Source: Planctomycetota bacterium (GTDB lineage Bacteria; Planctomycetota; MHYJ01; WSZJ01). Taken from it: a DNA stretch of 64,000 nt. Shown piece by piece: positions 28,364 to 38,400 of this stretch. The stretch covers positions 288,001 through 352,000 of the forward strand of contig JBBTCT010000001.1 of assembly GCA_038060895.1 (NCBI GenBank). The letters run 5' to 3'. Both the position numbers and the translations under genes were made by a program. How positions within the stretch are numbered: the first letter of the stretch is position 1; each line of letters begins with the position of its first letter. The notes under the pieces were generated by a model. It was given only the letters and a program-made list of their open reading frames with translations, had not been told where the DNA came from and searched no databases.

Positions 28364-29665
28364 ATGGCCCAGGCCCTCGAAACTCCCGCAGCCCCCGCCG
28401 TCGCGCCCGCACGCGACGAGCGCGAGGTCCATTTCGCCCGCAACCTCACGCTGCTCACGCTCGTCGAGGCCGGCTGGGGCTTCGGAATGGCGTTCGGGTT
28501 CAGCGGGACGTTCATGCAGCTCGTCCTGCGCCAGCTCGGCGCCTCCGATACACAGGTCGGCTTCCTCGCCGCCCAGTGGGGTTTCTCCACCCTCCCGATG
28601 GTCCTCTCCGGCTACTTCACCGGACACCTCCGCCGAAAGAAGGCCGTCGTCGTCTGGGGTCACTTCCTCTGCGTCATCCCCGTCGCCCTCCTCGCCGCCG
28701 CGCTCGCGTGGGTTCCCTCCAACTCCGCCAAGGTCTGGTCCATCCTCGCGGCCGAGTACGCGTTCGGCCTCTCCGTCGGCATCCTGGTCCCCGTATGGCT
28801 CACGTTCATGGGGAAGGTCATGCCGCGGAACCGGATCGGAAGCGGCTTCGGCATCACGTTCTTCTTCCAGACCCTCGCCGGATTTGGCGCCGGGCTGCTG
28901 GCGGCGTGGATGCTGAAGCGCAATCCGGGCGGCGTGGCGCAGCTCGTGGCGGTCACGGCGATCGTCATGGCGCTCGCCAATTTCTTCTTCATCCCCGTCC
29001 GCGAGATGGAAACGGACGCCGAGCCGCGAGCGGGGAAGTTCTCCACCTTCCTGGGTGAGCTCATGGTCCAGCTCCGCGCCAACCCCGCCGTCCGCCGCCT
29101 CCTCGCCGCCGAAGTTTTGTTTTCGGCGCAGTACGGCGTCGTCGGCTTCTACGCCGCCCGGGCCGCCGACTTCGGCGGCAACGCCTCCACCGGCGCCCTC
29201 TTCACCATGGCCGTCACCGGCGCCCAGTCCGTCTCCTCGCTCCTCGGCGGCTGGCTCGTCGACCGCATCGGCCCCAAGCCCGTCCTCGTCGCCGGCCGCC
29301 TCGCCGTCGTCGCCGCAGCCGCATTCGCCTGGCAGGCCCGCTCCGTCAACGCCCTCTTCCCCGCCGCGATCTGCGTCGGGGCGTTCTGGGGGGTGCGAAG
29401 CGCCGCGGGTTTCGCGCTGTTCCGCCAGGTGAGCGGCAAGGAGGAAGTCACTTCGCTCTACGGCATCTTCACTGTCCTCGTCGCCCCGTTCGCCGTTGCG
29501 ACGCCACTCATTGCCGGCTGGGGGCTCGCCCACCACCGTTGGGGCGCGCCGGCGATGTTCGCGGTGTGCGGGGTGGCGGTGCTGGCGAGTGTTCTCTTGC
29601 TGGTCGTGGGAGTTCAGGTAAAGCGTGAGCCGAAGCCAGTTCCGTCCAGGGCGCCCGGAGTATGA
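28364..29665 (+). CDS. MFS transporter
   Basis: About 12 TM segments; GGWLVDRIGPKP motif A; start uncertain (28346 or 28364). Confidence 0.85.
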   Translation: MAQALETPAAPAVAPARDEREVHFARNLTLLTLVEAGWGFGMAFGFSGTFMQLVLRQLGASDTQVGFLAAQWGFSTLPMVLSGYFTGHLRRKKAVVVWGHFLCVIPVALLAAALAWVPSNSAKVWSILAAEYAFGLSVGILVPVWLTFMGKVMPRNRIGSGFGITFFFQTLAGFGAGLLAAWMLKRNPGGVAQLVAVTAIVMALANFFFIPVREMETDAEPRAGKFSTFLGELMVQLRANPAVRRLLAAEVLFSAQYGVVGFYAARAADFGGNASTGALFTMAVTGAQSVSSLLGGWLVDRIGPKPVLVAGRLAVVAAAAFAWQARSVNALFPAAICVGAFWGVRSAAGFALFRQVSGKEEVTSLYGIFTVLVAPFAVATPLIAGWGLAHHRWGAPAMFAVCGVAVLASVLLLVVGVQVKREPKPVPSRAPGV

Positions 29666-29757
29666 GCCTGAGACGCACGCGTGAGGCAATCGAGGCGGTT
29701 CTTCAGGATGGGCAGGTTGTTTCCGGCGTTGAAATCACCGTCCCGCTTCCTGCCTCC

Positions 29758-30174
29758 TTAGCTTGTCGGCGCGGGGACCGCCGAGGGCGTTTCCCTCACC
29801 GCTTTCCGGGTGCTGAGCACGAAAAGCTTCCCGATCAGCAACGCGGGGAAGGCGATGCACGATCCGCCGGCCGCGGACAGCGCGACGTGGGCCGGACCGT
29901 ACTCTCCCAGGACGAAGAGGTTGGGCATGACCACGATTCCTGCCACCGCCAGGTTCACGAGCAGCGCGAGAATTCTTCCACCGCCCTTCGTCCGTTCCAT
30001 CCACAGCGAGCAGGCCAGGTACGGCACGAGGGACATCAGGATGATCCTGATGAAGGGGCTCACTGTCTCGAGCACCATCCCGGTGGTGTCGGTGTGCTGG
30101 TACCGGCCGTAGGCCATCGCCGGGGAGAAAATCAGGGCGGCGACAATTCCGGTCAGGACGGGGACTCTTCTCAC
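29758..30174 (-). CDS. Hypothetical membrane protein
   Basis: Four hydrophobic segments; GTG at 30174 with TACAAT 6 nt upstream. Confidence 0.5.
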   Translation of the reverse strand: MRRVPVLTGIVAALIFSPAMAYGRYQHTDTTGMVLETVSPFIRIILMSLVPYLACSLWMERTKGGGRILALLVNLAVAGIVVMPNLFVLGEYGPAHVALSAAGGSCIAFPALLIGKLFVLSTRKAVRETPSAVPAPTS

Positions 30175-30244
30175 AGATGAATTGTAGGACTTCACGCTCC
30201 CGTTCCCGCGACTCTTTGCGACTCGCCCTCTACAATCCCGCCCC

Positions 30245-31333
30245 ATGCGCTTCAACACCATCAAGTACATGGAGTGGGCCAAGCTTTTCCAGGTCCTGAA
30301 CCCGGTCACGTTCGACCTCTCGAATTCCGCGATGGCCCCGCCGGAGCCGGAGGACATCGGCGTCACGATCGAGGACGCATACTGGGCCGGCGCGAATCAC
30401 TACGGCCACCCGGAGCTGAAGGAGCTGATTGCGAAGCGCTGGCAGGTGAAGGCGGAGCAGGTGATCCCGGCGGGGGGGTCGTCGCTCGCGAATTTCCTGT
30501 TCGCGGCTTCGATCCTCGAAACCGGCGACCACGCGGCGATCGAGACACCGTACTACGAGCCACTGGGGAAGATCCTGGAAGCGCTGGAAGCAAAGGTGAC
30601 GGAAGTGCCGCGGCGGCGGGAGGACCAGTTCCAGCCGGACGTGGACGCTGCGCGGAAGGCGTTCGAGAAGGGCGCCAAGCTGCTGATCCTGACGGACCTG
30701 TACAACCCGTGCGCGGTGCATCTCGACCGGGCACGGCTGAAGGCGATCGGAGAGGCTGCTGCGAAGCACGGCGCGACGGTGCTGGTGGACGAGGTGTACC
30801 TGGACGCGATGTGGGAGGAGCGGCCGCCGATCGCGGCGACGCTGGGGCCGCAGTTCGTGTCTACGAATTCGCTGACGAAGGTGTACGGGATGGGAAACCT
30901 GCGCGCGGGCTGGGGGATCGGGCGCAAGGAGCTCGTGGACCGCGCGTACCGTGTCTACGACTACCTCTCCGTCCTGAACTCGATGCCCACCGACCGCGTC
31001 GCGATCCGCGCGCACAAGAACCTCGACAAGCTGACGGCACGGGCGAAGAAACGGCGCGCGGAGAACTTCCCGCTGATCAAGGCCTTCGTGGAATCACGCA
31101 AGGACCTGGACTGGCTCGAGCCGAGGTGGGGCTTCATCGCGTGGGTGCATATCAAGTCGAAGGCGCGGAGCCCCGAACTGCAGGACCTGATGCGCAAGAA
31201 GTACGACGCGCAGGTCTCGCCCGGCCATTTCTTTGGCCACCCCGACCACATCCGCCTCGGCTGCGGGCTGGCGCAGGAGAAACTGGCAGAGGGGCTGAAG
31301 CGGCTGGGACTGGCGCTGGACGAGCTCAAGTAA
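30245..31333 (+). CDS. PLP-dependent aminotransferase class I/II
   Basis: YGHPELKE, YNP, VDEVY, SLTKVYGMGNLRAGW. Confidence 0.9.
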   Translation: MRFNTIKYMEWAKLFQVLNPVTFDLSNSAMAPPEPEDIGVTIEDAYWAGANHYGHPELKELIAKRWQVKAEQVIPAGGSSLANFLFAASILETGDHAAIETPYYEPLGKILEALEAKVTEVPRRREDQFQPDVDAARKAFEKGAKLLILTDLYNPCAVHLDRARLKAIGEAAAKHGATVLVDEVYLDAMWEERPPIAATLGPQFVSTNSLTKVYGMGNLRAGWGIGRKELVDRAYRVYDYLSVLNSMPTDRVAIRAHKNLDKLTARAKKRRAENFPLIKAFVESRKDLDWLEPRWGFIAWVHIKSKARSPELQDLMRKKYDAQVSPGHFFGHPDHIRLGCGLAQEKLAEGLKRLGLALDELK

Positions 31334-32421
31334 TGGCGAAGCGAAGACCCGCAAACAAGCGCGTGCCCGCGAGGAAGCCCTCGGCGAGGAATGCAGGGAC
31401 CAGGGCCTCAGCGCCGCCGCTTCCTCCCGACGCCGTCATGATGCAGATGATCGGCGGGCACTGGATTGCGCGAGCGGTGCAGGTGCTGGCGCAGATCGGG
31501 GTGGCGGACCGGATGAAGGGCGGGCCGAAGTCGGCGGCAGAGCTCGCGGCGGCGACGGGGATGCACGCGGGGAGCCTGGAACGGTTGATGCGTGCGGCGA
31601 CCATGTTTGGAGTGTTCGCGCCCGCCCCCGGCGGCAAGTACGCGCTTACGCCGGTCGGCGACACGCTCCGCAGCGACACGCCGAACTCGCTCCGGAACTT
31701 CGCTTCGTTCTTCGCGGAGCCGTGGTACTGGCAGGTCTGGACCGAGTTCCTGCACTCCGTGAAGACGGGTGAGCCCGCGTTCACGAAGGTGCACGGCGCG
31801 CCGGCGTTCGAGTGGTTCGCGAAACATCCGACGGCGGTCGAGGTCTTCAGCAAGGCGATGACATCGTTCACGCGGCAGATCGGCACCGCGGTCGCCGACG
31901 CGTACGACTTCGGCCGGATCCACACCCTCGTCGACGTCGGCGGCGGTCACGGGACGCTCATCGCCGCGATTCTCAAGTCGAACCCGACCATGCGCGGCGT
32001 CGTCTACGACCTCTTGCAGGTCGTCGAGGGCGCGAAGCCCGCGCTCGGGCAGGCCGGGCTCGGCAACCGCACCGAGTGCATCGGCGGGAATTTCTTCGAC
32101 AGCGTCCCTCCGGGCGACGGGCACATCCTCAAGCACATCATCCACGACTGGAGCGACGCGCAGTGCGTCACAATCCTCCGCCATTGCCGCGCGTCGATGC
32201 CGCGCGACGGCCGCGTGCTCGTGGTGGAAGCGGTGATCCCGGATGGGCCGGAGCCGCACTTCGGGAAGCTGCTGGATCTCGAGATGCTCGCGATGACGCA
32301 GGGCGGAAGAGAGCGGACAGCCGGAGAGTTCAGCGAATTGCTTGGGAGGGCGGGATTCAAGCTGGCACGGATCGTGCCGACGAAGTCACCGGTCTGCGTG
32401 ATCGAGGGAACGCCGGCTTAG
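31333..32421 (+). CDS. SAM-dependent O-methyltransferase (Methyltransf_2 with dimerisation domain)
   Basis: VDVGGGHG, GNFF, LKHIIHDW, GRERT; TAATG coupling to the upstream gene. Confidence 0.9.
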   Translation: MAKRRPANKRVPARKPSARNAGTRASAPPLPPDAVMMQMIGGHWIARAVQVLAQIGVADRMKGGPKSAAELAAATGMHAGSLERLMRAATMFGVFAPAPGGKYALTPVGDTLRSDTPNSLRNFASFFAEPWYWQVWTEFLHSVKTGEPAFTKVHGAPAFEWFAKHPTAVEVFSKAMTSFTRQIGTAVADAYDFGRIHTLVDVGGGHGTLIAAILKSNPTMRGVVYDLLQVVEGAKPALGQAGLGNRTECIGGNFFDSVPPGDGHILKHIIHDWSDAQCVTILRHCRASMPRDGRVLVVEAVIPDGPEPHFGKLLDLEMLAMTQGGRERTAGEFSELLGRAGFKLARIVPTKSPVCVIEGTPA

Positions 32422-33005
32422 CGCATCAGGGCTTCCAGTTTCTCCTTCACTGCCGGCCATTCGTCTGCGATCACGCTGAAGTACACGGAGTCGCGCAGCA
32501 CGCCGTCGGCAGCGACCATGTGTTTGCGCAGAACGCCCTCCTGCTTCGCCCCGATCCTCTCAATTGCCTTCCGCGACTGCAGGTTCCGCGAGTCCGTCTT
32601 CAGGCACACGCGGTTCGCCTTCAAGACCTCGAACGCGTGACTTAGCATCAGGAACTTCGCCTCCGTGTTGATCCCCGTCCGCTGGTGCGCAGGATTGAGC
32701 CAGGTCCCGCCGATCTCGATGCCGCGCGGCAGTGGCTGAATGTCGAGATAGCAGGTCGAGCCGGCGACTTCACCGGTGGAAGCCAGCACCGTCGCGAACC
32801 CGAGGGCCAGTCCAGCCTCGAATTGTGCGCGCATTTTGCGGACGTAGTCCATGGCGTCCTCGACGGAGTCGATTTTTCGCGCGACGAGGAGCCGCCAGAT
32901 TTCCGAGGATCGAGCGGCAGCCCGGAGCCCTTCCGCGTGCCGCTCATCGAGCGGTTCGAGCCGGGCAAGGCGGCCCTGGAGGATGACCGGCTGAACCCAT
33001 GTCAT
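32418..33005 (-). CDS. GNAT (RimJ/RimL-like) acetyltransferase
   Basis: EIGGTW, RTGINTEAK, KTDSRN..SRKAIERIGA..EG. Confidence 0.9.
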   Translation of the reverse strand: MTWVQPVILQGRLARLEPLDERHAEGLRAAARSSEIWRLLVARKIDSVEDAMDYVRKMRAQFEAGLALGFATVLASTGEVAGSTCYLDIQPLPRGIEIGGTWLNPAHQRTGINTEAKFLMLSHAFEVLKANRVCLKTDSRNLQSRKAIERIGAKQEGVLRKHMVAADGVLRDSVYFSVIADEWPAVKEKLEALMR

Positions 33006-33019
33006 TCACCCAAGCATAT

Positions 33020-33096
33020 CCCCAGCCCAGCCCCAGCCCAAACCCAAGCCCAAGCCCACCCTCGCCCGATCCCGCTCTTCCCCTTCCCCTGCCGTT
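33020..33096. repeat. Hexamer array (CCCAAG/CCCAGC) ending GCCGTT; half-element of the intergenic family
   Basis: Fills the space between two divergent -10 boxes; the reverse complement starts AACGGC. Confidence 0.7.
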
Positions 33097-33109
33097 GTAT
33101 CCTCCCTCC

Positions 33110-34249
33110 ATGCCTGTCGGCTTCTACATTCACATCCCCTTCTGCGTCCGCAAGTGCGGCTACTGCGACTTCAACTCGCACGCCTCGACGGGCGAGCTGC
33201 ACTCGGACTACCTGGAAGCGCTCCTGGGCGACATTGACGCAGTGCGTCAACGTCACGGCGCCGCGCCCATCGACACCGTCTTCATCGGCGGCGGCACTCC
33301 GTCCCTCTTCACTCCCGCCCAGATCGCCACGATCATCGACCGCCTCGTCCTCCGCTTCCGCCTCGAAGCCCGGGAAATCACGATGGAAGCGAACCCGGGG
33401 ACCGTTGAGCGACACGACTTCGCCGGGTACCGAAAAGCGGGGATCACTCGCATCTCCATGGGCGCGCAGTCGTTCGACGCAGCGGAACTCGCGATGCTGG
33501 ACCGTGTTCACTCGCCGGAGGACATCGTCTCCGCGTACCGCGCCGTCCGCGCCGGCGGGTTCGACAACGTCAACCTCGACCTCATGTTCGCGCTTCCGGG
33601 CCAGACCTTCGACACCTGGCGCCGCTCGCTCGACGCCGCGGTCGCCCTCGGGCCGGAGCACCTGTCGGCATACAACCTCACCTTCGAGCCGGGGACGGAG
33701 TTCTTCAAGAAGCGCGCTGACGGGGTGCTCCGCGAAAAGCCCGAAGACGAGCAGGCGGAATACCTCGCCGACTCCGCCTCCCGCCTCTCCGCCGCCGGCT
33801 ACGCGCGCTACGAGATCTCGAACTTCTCGCGCCCCGGCCGCCCTTGCGCCCACAACCTCAAGTACTGGCGCCGCGAGCCCGTTCTCGCGGCCGGAGCGGG
33901 GGCGTTCGGTTTCGACGGCAAGCGCCGCTGGTCGAACGTGCGCTCGCCGCAGGAGTACATCCGCCGCGCGAAGGCGGGAGAATCGCTCGAGGCGACCTCT
34001 GAAGAACCGGATCGCGAGCAGGCGATGCTCGAGGCCGTCATGTGCCGGCTGCGTCTGCGGGAGGGACTGGTGGAAGCGCGGTTCGCGGGCGAGTTTGGCG
34101 CGCCGCCGGCCGAGATGTTCCCGCGCACGCTGAAGATGGCGGCGGACCGCGGGCTCGTGGCGCAGTCGGCCGGTGCGGTGACCCTGACCGAAGCGGGCAT
34201 TCTCGTCAGCGATACGCTTTTCGGTGAGTTCGCAAAGGAACGCGCCTGA
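33110..34249 (+). CDS. hemW: Radical SAM heme chaperone HemW
   Basis: YIHIPFCVRKCGYCDF, GGGTPS, YEISNF, HNLKYW. Confidence 0.9.
   Translation: MPVGFYIHIPFCVRKCGYCDFNSHASTGELHSDYLEALLGDIDAVRQRHGAAPIDTVFIGGGTPSLFTPAQIATIIDRLVLRFRLEAREITMEANPGTVERHDFAGYRKAGITRISMGAQSFDAAELAMLDRVHSPEDIVSAYRAVRAGGFDNVNLDLMFALPGQTFDTWRRSLDAAVALGPEHLSAYNLTFEPGTEFFKKRADGVLREKPEDEQAEYLADSASRLSAAGYARYEISNFSRPGRPCAHNLKYWRREPVLAAGAGAFGFDGKRRWSNVRSPQEYIRRAKAGESLEATSEEPDREQAMLEAVMCRLRLREGLVEARFAGEFGAPPAEMFPRTLKMAADRGLVAQSAGAVTLTEAGILVSDTLFGEFAKERA
33234..33250. promoter_or_regulatory. Palindromic site TTGACGC-AGT-GCGTCAA (copy 3, intragenic)
   Basis: Perfect arms inside hemW, read as ATT GAC GCA GTG CGT CAA. Confidence 0.6.
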
Positions 34250-34256
34250 ACGGCCT

Positions 34257-34478
34257 TTAGACCTTCCCGGGACCCTTCTTCGTGTCCCGGAACACTTCCA
34301 CCGCAAACCAGATTCCCGCGCAGCCGAGCACGCCGTCGACGCCCAGCATCCACCAGTCCCGGTTGCCGGAAGCGATACGCCACCCGCCGAATGCGAGAAG
34401 TCCGATGCTGCAAAGACCGATCGCCGCCGCGACGAAGGGATTGGAGGTGATGCCCGTTCGCGGTCCCGGTTCCGTCAT
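34257..34478 (-). CDS. Small 2-TM hypothetical protein
   Basis: 73 aa, two hydrophobic helices, fills the gap; GAAGGAG upstream. Confidence 0.5.
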   Translation of the reverse strand: MTEPGPRTGITSNPFVAAAIGLCSIGLLAFGGWRIASGNRDWWMLGVDGVLGCAGIWFAVEVFRDTKKGPGKV

Positions 34479-34588
34479 CGCTGCAGTATCCCCTCCTTCG
34501 TCCTGCCCGATGCACTTTCCTTCACCCCCTCATCGCGCGCTCCATAGAATGCACGGCTTCACATCTTTAACTCCTGGGAGAACCTCGC

Positions 34589-34966
34589 ATGCACCCTGCA
34601 GTCCTGACAGAACTGAAAAAGCGCTGGGAACAGGTGAAAGGCAACCACGAGTCCGTGCACGTCGGCGAGTACGGGGAGGCCGACTGGGTCATGGGACGCA
34701 CGACCGGCGACCCCGTGAGCTGCTGGACTTTCAACGGCGGCGACCCGAACGACGCCGGCTCCGACTCGCGCCAGGACCGCAAGGCCAAGGCCGGCGGCAT
34801 CTTCGTGCAGGCGGGAATGCGCTTCGCCTTCAACCCGGACGAGGAAGGCATCGTCCTCATCGAGTTCGTAACCGGCGTGCTCACCGGCTCCGGAACCTTC
34901 ATGAAGATTTCGGGCGACGGCGAGTCGCTTCTCAACGTTCCGGACGGCCAGAAATGGGGAGCGTGA
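34589..34966 (+). CDS. Hypothetical protein
   Basis: 125 aa with typical codon usage and a GGAG RBS. Confidence 0.65.
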   Translation: MHPAVLTELKKRWEQVKGNHESVHVGEYGEADWVMGRTTGDPVSCWTFNGGDPNDAGSDSRQDRKAKAGGIFVQAGMRFAFNPDEEGIVLIEFVTGVLTGSGTFMKISGDGESLLNVPDGQKWGA

Positions 34967-34978
34967 CGACTCACTGAA

Positions 34979-35863
34979 ATGTCGGCCGACAAACTGCTCG
35001 ACGTGGCGCGTCACATGGTCCGGGCGGGCGCCGCCCAGGACATGCACCGGACCCTCGTGACGCGAACGCGGCGGGCGCTCGGCCGCGGGCACGGAACTTC
35101 GTTCTTCCTCGTGTACCGCGCGAGCGACATCGTCCTGCCGGTCGCGGAGTCGTCGGAGAGCGGGAAGCGGCTCCACCCCGAGGCGTACACGCAGAAAATC
35201 ACGGCCGGGATCATCGGGCACGTCGTGAAGAGCGGAAAGACGTACTACTCCCCCGACGTCTCCGCCGACCCGATGTTCGTGTCGGGCGGGCAGACCGTGG
35301 GAAGCGAGCTCTGCGCGCCCGTGAAGTTCGACGGCGAGGTCGTCGGCATCTTCAACATCGAGTGCGCCCGCAAGCATGGCTTCAGCGCCGACACGATCGC
35401 GCGCATCGAGCTCCTCTGCGATGCCGCGGGCGTCCTCATGAACACGGGCGTCGCGCAGGAGCAGCAGCAGGCGATGGAAGCGCAGGTCCGGGGGCTGGAG
35501 GAGGGTCTCGCGCACGCCCGTGAAAAATTCGAGGGGCTGGCGAAGCTCGTTCCGCAAGCGGTTCTCGTCATCGACGCGTCGGGAAGGGTCGCCTGGGAGA
35601 ACAAGGCGTGCAGGGGGCGCTTCAGCACCACGGTCGGGAAAGAGTTCACTTCGGTCCTGGACGGCGATTCGGTCGCTGCATGGCAGGCCGCAAAGCAGAA
35701 GGGCGGACCGGTGAGCCTGGCGACGCCAGCGGGATCGAAGAGGGCTGACTGGGCTTGCCAGGTACTTGTTCTTTCGACCGCGGGCGGCGCGGCGGGGGTG
35801 CTGGTCGTCATGACGCCGGTGGATGGGGCCCCGAAGAAGGCCGCGAAGAAAAAGAAGAAGTAG
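34979..35863 (+). CDS. GAF + PAS-like sensor protein with no output domain
   Basis: GIIGHVVKSG...DVSADP...SELCAP...VGIFNIE; PAS-like AVLVIDASGRV; Lys-rich tail. Confidence 0.75.
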   Translation: MSADKLLDVARHMVRAGAAQDMHRTLVTRTRRALGRGHGTSFFLVYRASDIVLPVAESSESGKRLHPEAYTQKITAGIIGHVVKSGKTYYSPDVSADPMFVSGGQTVGSELCAPVKFDGEVVGIFNIECARKHGFSADTIARIELLCDAAGVLMNTGVAQEQQQAMEAQVRGLEEGLAHAREKFEGLAKLVPQAVLVIDASGRVAWENKACRGRFSTTVGKEFTSVLDGDSVAAWQAAKQKGGPVSLATPAGSKRADWACQVLVLSTAGGAAGVLVVMTPVDGAPKKAAKKKKK

Positions 35864-35868
35864 GCGTC

Positions 35869-36435
35869 ATGGGCCGCGCGTTCCTCATCTCGTTTTTCGC
35901 CGGGCCGCTTCCATATTTCATCTGGACGACCGCCGTGCTGCGAACGTCCCAGCCGGACGTCATCGCGCTCACGCTGGGCTCGCTCCTGCTGACGATCCCG
36001 TGGCTCTGGTTCCTGGTGCGCTTCGCCCGCCGGCCGATGTTTCTCGTCTGCTGGTTCGCAACCCTCGGCACAATGTTCTGGTCAGCTGTGCGCCACGCGA
36101 TCCTCTTCGGCGATGGCTGGGCCTCCAGCGCGGGCGCTGTCGCACTCTTCCCCATCACCGGCGTCGCCGCCATGAACCAGGATCGCCTGCTGCTGATTCC
36201 GATCAGCATTTTCATCTGGGGCGTCGTCGCGGGATTCGTGGGCATCCTGCGCCGGTCGGCGCCGCCGAAGTTCGAGAAGGAGGAGCTGCCCCACCGGGAG
36301 CCGCCGCGCGAGGAGCCGCCGCGGCCGGAGCCGTACGTGGTTCCCAGGCCACCGCCGAAGCCGAAAGGCCCCGCCTACACGCCGCCGAAGAACGAGACGC
36401 CGCCCCCGCGGCAGAAGAGGGTTCCGGGAGCCTGA
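35869..36435 (+). CDS. Membrane protein with a Pro-rich C-terminal tail
   Basis: Several TM segments followed by a PPREEPPRPEP tail. Confidence 0.6.
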   Translation: MGRAFLISFFAGPLPYFIWTTAVLRTSQPDVIALTLGSLLLTIPWLWFLVRFARRPMFLVCWFATLGTMFWSAVRHAILFGDGWASSAGAVALFPITGVAAMNQDRLLLIPISIFIWGVVAGFVGILRRSAPPKFEKEELPHREPPREEPPRPEPYVVPRPPPKPKGPAYTPPKNETPPPRQKRVPGA

Positions 36436-36436
36436 G

Positions 36437-36586
36437 AGCTTTTACCCTCCGACTTCCAACGGAGAACTTCAAGCCGGCACCTTGAACACTCCCGGAGCAT
36501 CGCAGTTCCTTGTAGTTGTCCTCTTGGTGTTCTCCCTTTGCTTGGAAGTTGTGAGTCGAAGTTGCGGGTTGAATTTGAGTTTTCCC
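36437..36586. repeat. Intergenic family member C (degenerate AACTTCAA type)
   Basis: The reverse complement aligns with member A's left arm (CAAGCAAAGGGAGAAC identical). Confidence 0.75.
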
Positions 36587-36672
36587 GGTGCCCACCCCGA
36601 CCGAGTCCTTCTCGTGCAACCCGCGCCCCATCTCCCCCCCGCAATCCCGTGGGGATCGTACAATCCGCCCCC

Positions 36673-37464
36673 ATGCCGACCGCCATCCCCGGCGTTGCCG
36701 CCATCATTGCCATTCTCCGCACTGCAGGCGGCGTTTTCATGCTGCTCGTCGAGACGCTGCGGGCGGCCCTCGGGAAATGGCCGCGGCGGCGTGTGCTCGT
36801 GGACCAGTTCTACCTGATCGGATTCCGGTCGATGCCGGTCGTCCTGACGACGGGGTTGTTCACGGGGATGGTGCTGGCCGTCCAGTCGTTCAACCAGTTC
36901 CGCCGCGTGAACATCGTTTCCATGGTCGGCGCCGTAGTCGCCGTGTCGATGGTGAAGGAGCTGGGGCCGGTGCTCTCGGGGCTGATGCTGGCCGGCCGGG
37001 TCGGCGCCGCCATCACGGCGGAAATCGGCACGATGTCCGTGACGGAACAGGTGGACGCGCTTCGCGCCTCCGCGACCAGCCCGATCCGCTGGCTCGTCCT
37101 CCCCCGCGTCGCGGCCGCCGTTCTTCTGACGCCCATCCTCACCCTCATGGCCGACGTTGTCGGCATCGCCGGAGGCACGCTGATCTGCGTGGGCTTTCTC
37201 AAGGTCGAGTGGCACTTCCACTACATCAACATGCTCGACTGGCTCAAGGTCTGGGACGTCGGCGTCGGCTGCGCCAAGTCGTCGGTCTTCGGGCTCCTCA
37301 TCGCCCTGACAGCCGCCTACAAAGGCCTGAACACGGAACCCGGCGCCGCCGGCGTCGGAAAGGCCGCCACCGAGGCCGTCGTCACTTCCTGCATCCTCAT
37401 CCTCGTCTCCGATTTCTTCCTCACCGTCATGTTCGCGGCCCTGAAACCGGACTGGATTCGTTAG
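36673..37464 (+). CDS. mlaE: MlaE-family ABC permease
   Basis: KELGPVL..LMLAGRVGAAITAEIGTM.VTEQVDAL, GVGKAATEAVV. Confidence 0.9.
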   Translation: MPTAIPGVAAIIAILRTAGGVFMLLVETLRAALGKWPRRRVLVDQFYLIGFRSMPVVLTTGLFTGMVLAVQSFNQFRRVNIVSMVGAVVAVSMVKELGPVLSGLMLAGRVGAAITAEIGTMSVTEQVDALRASATSPIRWLVLPRVAAAVLLTPILTLMADVVGIAGGTLICVGFLKVEWHFHYINMLDWLKVWDVGVGCAKSSVFGLLIALTAAYKGLNTEPGAAGVGKAATEAVVTSCILILVSDFFLTVMFAALKPDWIR

Positions 37465-37467
37465 AAG

Positions 37468-38361
37468 ATGAACCCCGCCGCCGAATCGCAGGAGGGTTCG
37501 CCCGCCACGGGGAAGGAAATTCCCGAGGGCACCCCCGTCCTCGAAGTCCGGGACCTGCGCAAATCGCTCGGCGGCAAGGAAGTCCTCAAGGGCGTCAACC
37601 TGACGGTCCTCAAAGGAGAGGCGCTCGTCATCATCGGCGGCTCCGGCTGTGGCAAGAGCGTCCTCCTCAAACACATCCTCGGCCTGTTCAAACCCGACAG
37701 CGGCTCGATCCAGATCGAGGGCCAGGACATCACGCGCCTCCACGAGCGCGACCTCTTCACCGTCCGCCAGCGCTTCGGCATGCTTTTCCAGGGCGCCGCG
37801 CTCTTCGACTCGATGACCGTCGCTGAAAACGTCTCCTTCTCGCTCGATGAACATTCGAAAAAGAGCGCTTCCGAGAAGCGCGAAATTGTGCAGAAGAAGC
37901 TCGCGATCGTCGGGCTAAAGGACGTTGAGAACAAGTACCCGGCGGAGCTGTCGGGAGGGATGAAGAAACGGGTCGCGCTCGCGCGGGCCATCGCGGCCGA
38001 CCCGGACTTCCTGCTTTACGACGAGCCGACGACCGGGCTCGACCCGATCATGAGCGACGTGATCAATGAGCTGATCGTGAAGCTGAAGAAAGCGCTGAAG
38101 GTGACCTCGATCATCGTGACTCACGACATGGCGAGCGCCCGCAAGGTCGCCGACCGGATGGCGATGCTCGACGGGGGCGTCATCATCTACCACGACACCC
38201 CGGAGAACACGTTCGCGAGCGACAACGACGTCGTGCGGCGCTTCGTCGAGGGCAAGGCCTCGATGGAGCAGATGAAGGAAATCTGGGGCGAGTCCGCGGG
38301 CACGGCGCAGGAAAGCGAGAATACCAGGAGACGGAAGCGGCCTCCGCCGCCGGCGGAGTAG
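37468..38361 (+). CDS. mlaF: MlaF-family ABC ATP-binding protein
   Basis: GGSGCGKS, LFQGAALFDS, LSGGMKKRV, YDEPTTGLDP. Confidence 0.9.
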   Translation: MNPAAESQEGSPATGKEIPEGTPVLEVRDLRKSLGGKEVLKGVNLTVLKGEALVIIGGSGCGKSVLLKHILGLFKPDSGSIQIEGQDITRLHERDLFTVRQRFGMLFQGAALFDSMTVAENVSFSLDEHSKKSASEKREIVQKKLAIVGLKDVENKYPAELSGGMKKRVALARAIAADPDFLLYDEPTTGLDPIMSDVINELIVKLKKALKVTSIIVTHDMASARKVADRMAMLDGGVIIYHDTPENTFASDNDVVRRFVEGKASMEQMKEIWGESAGTAQESENTRRRKRPPPPAE

Positions 38362-38400
38362 CCCGGTCTGCGATGCTCCGGTAGACTCGGACGCACGTCG

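Noticed and set aside
34964-34981. TGA in frame with the downstream GAF gene (possible second read-through)
   Set aside because: No Cys-type motif or convincing SECIS hairpin; both genes look complete and the shared frame is a one-in-three chance.
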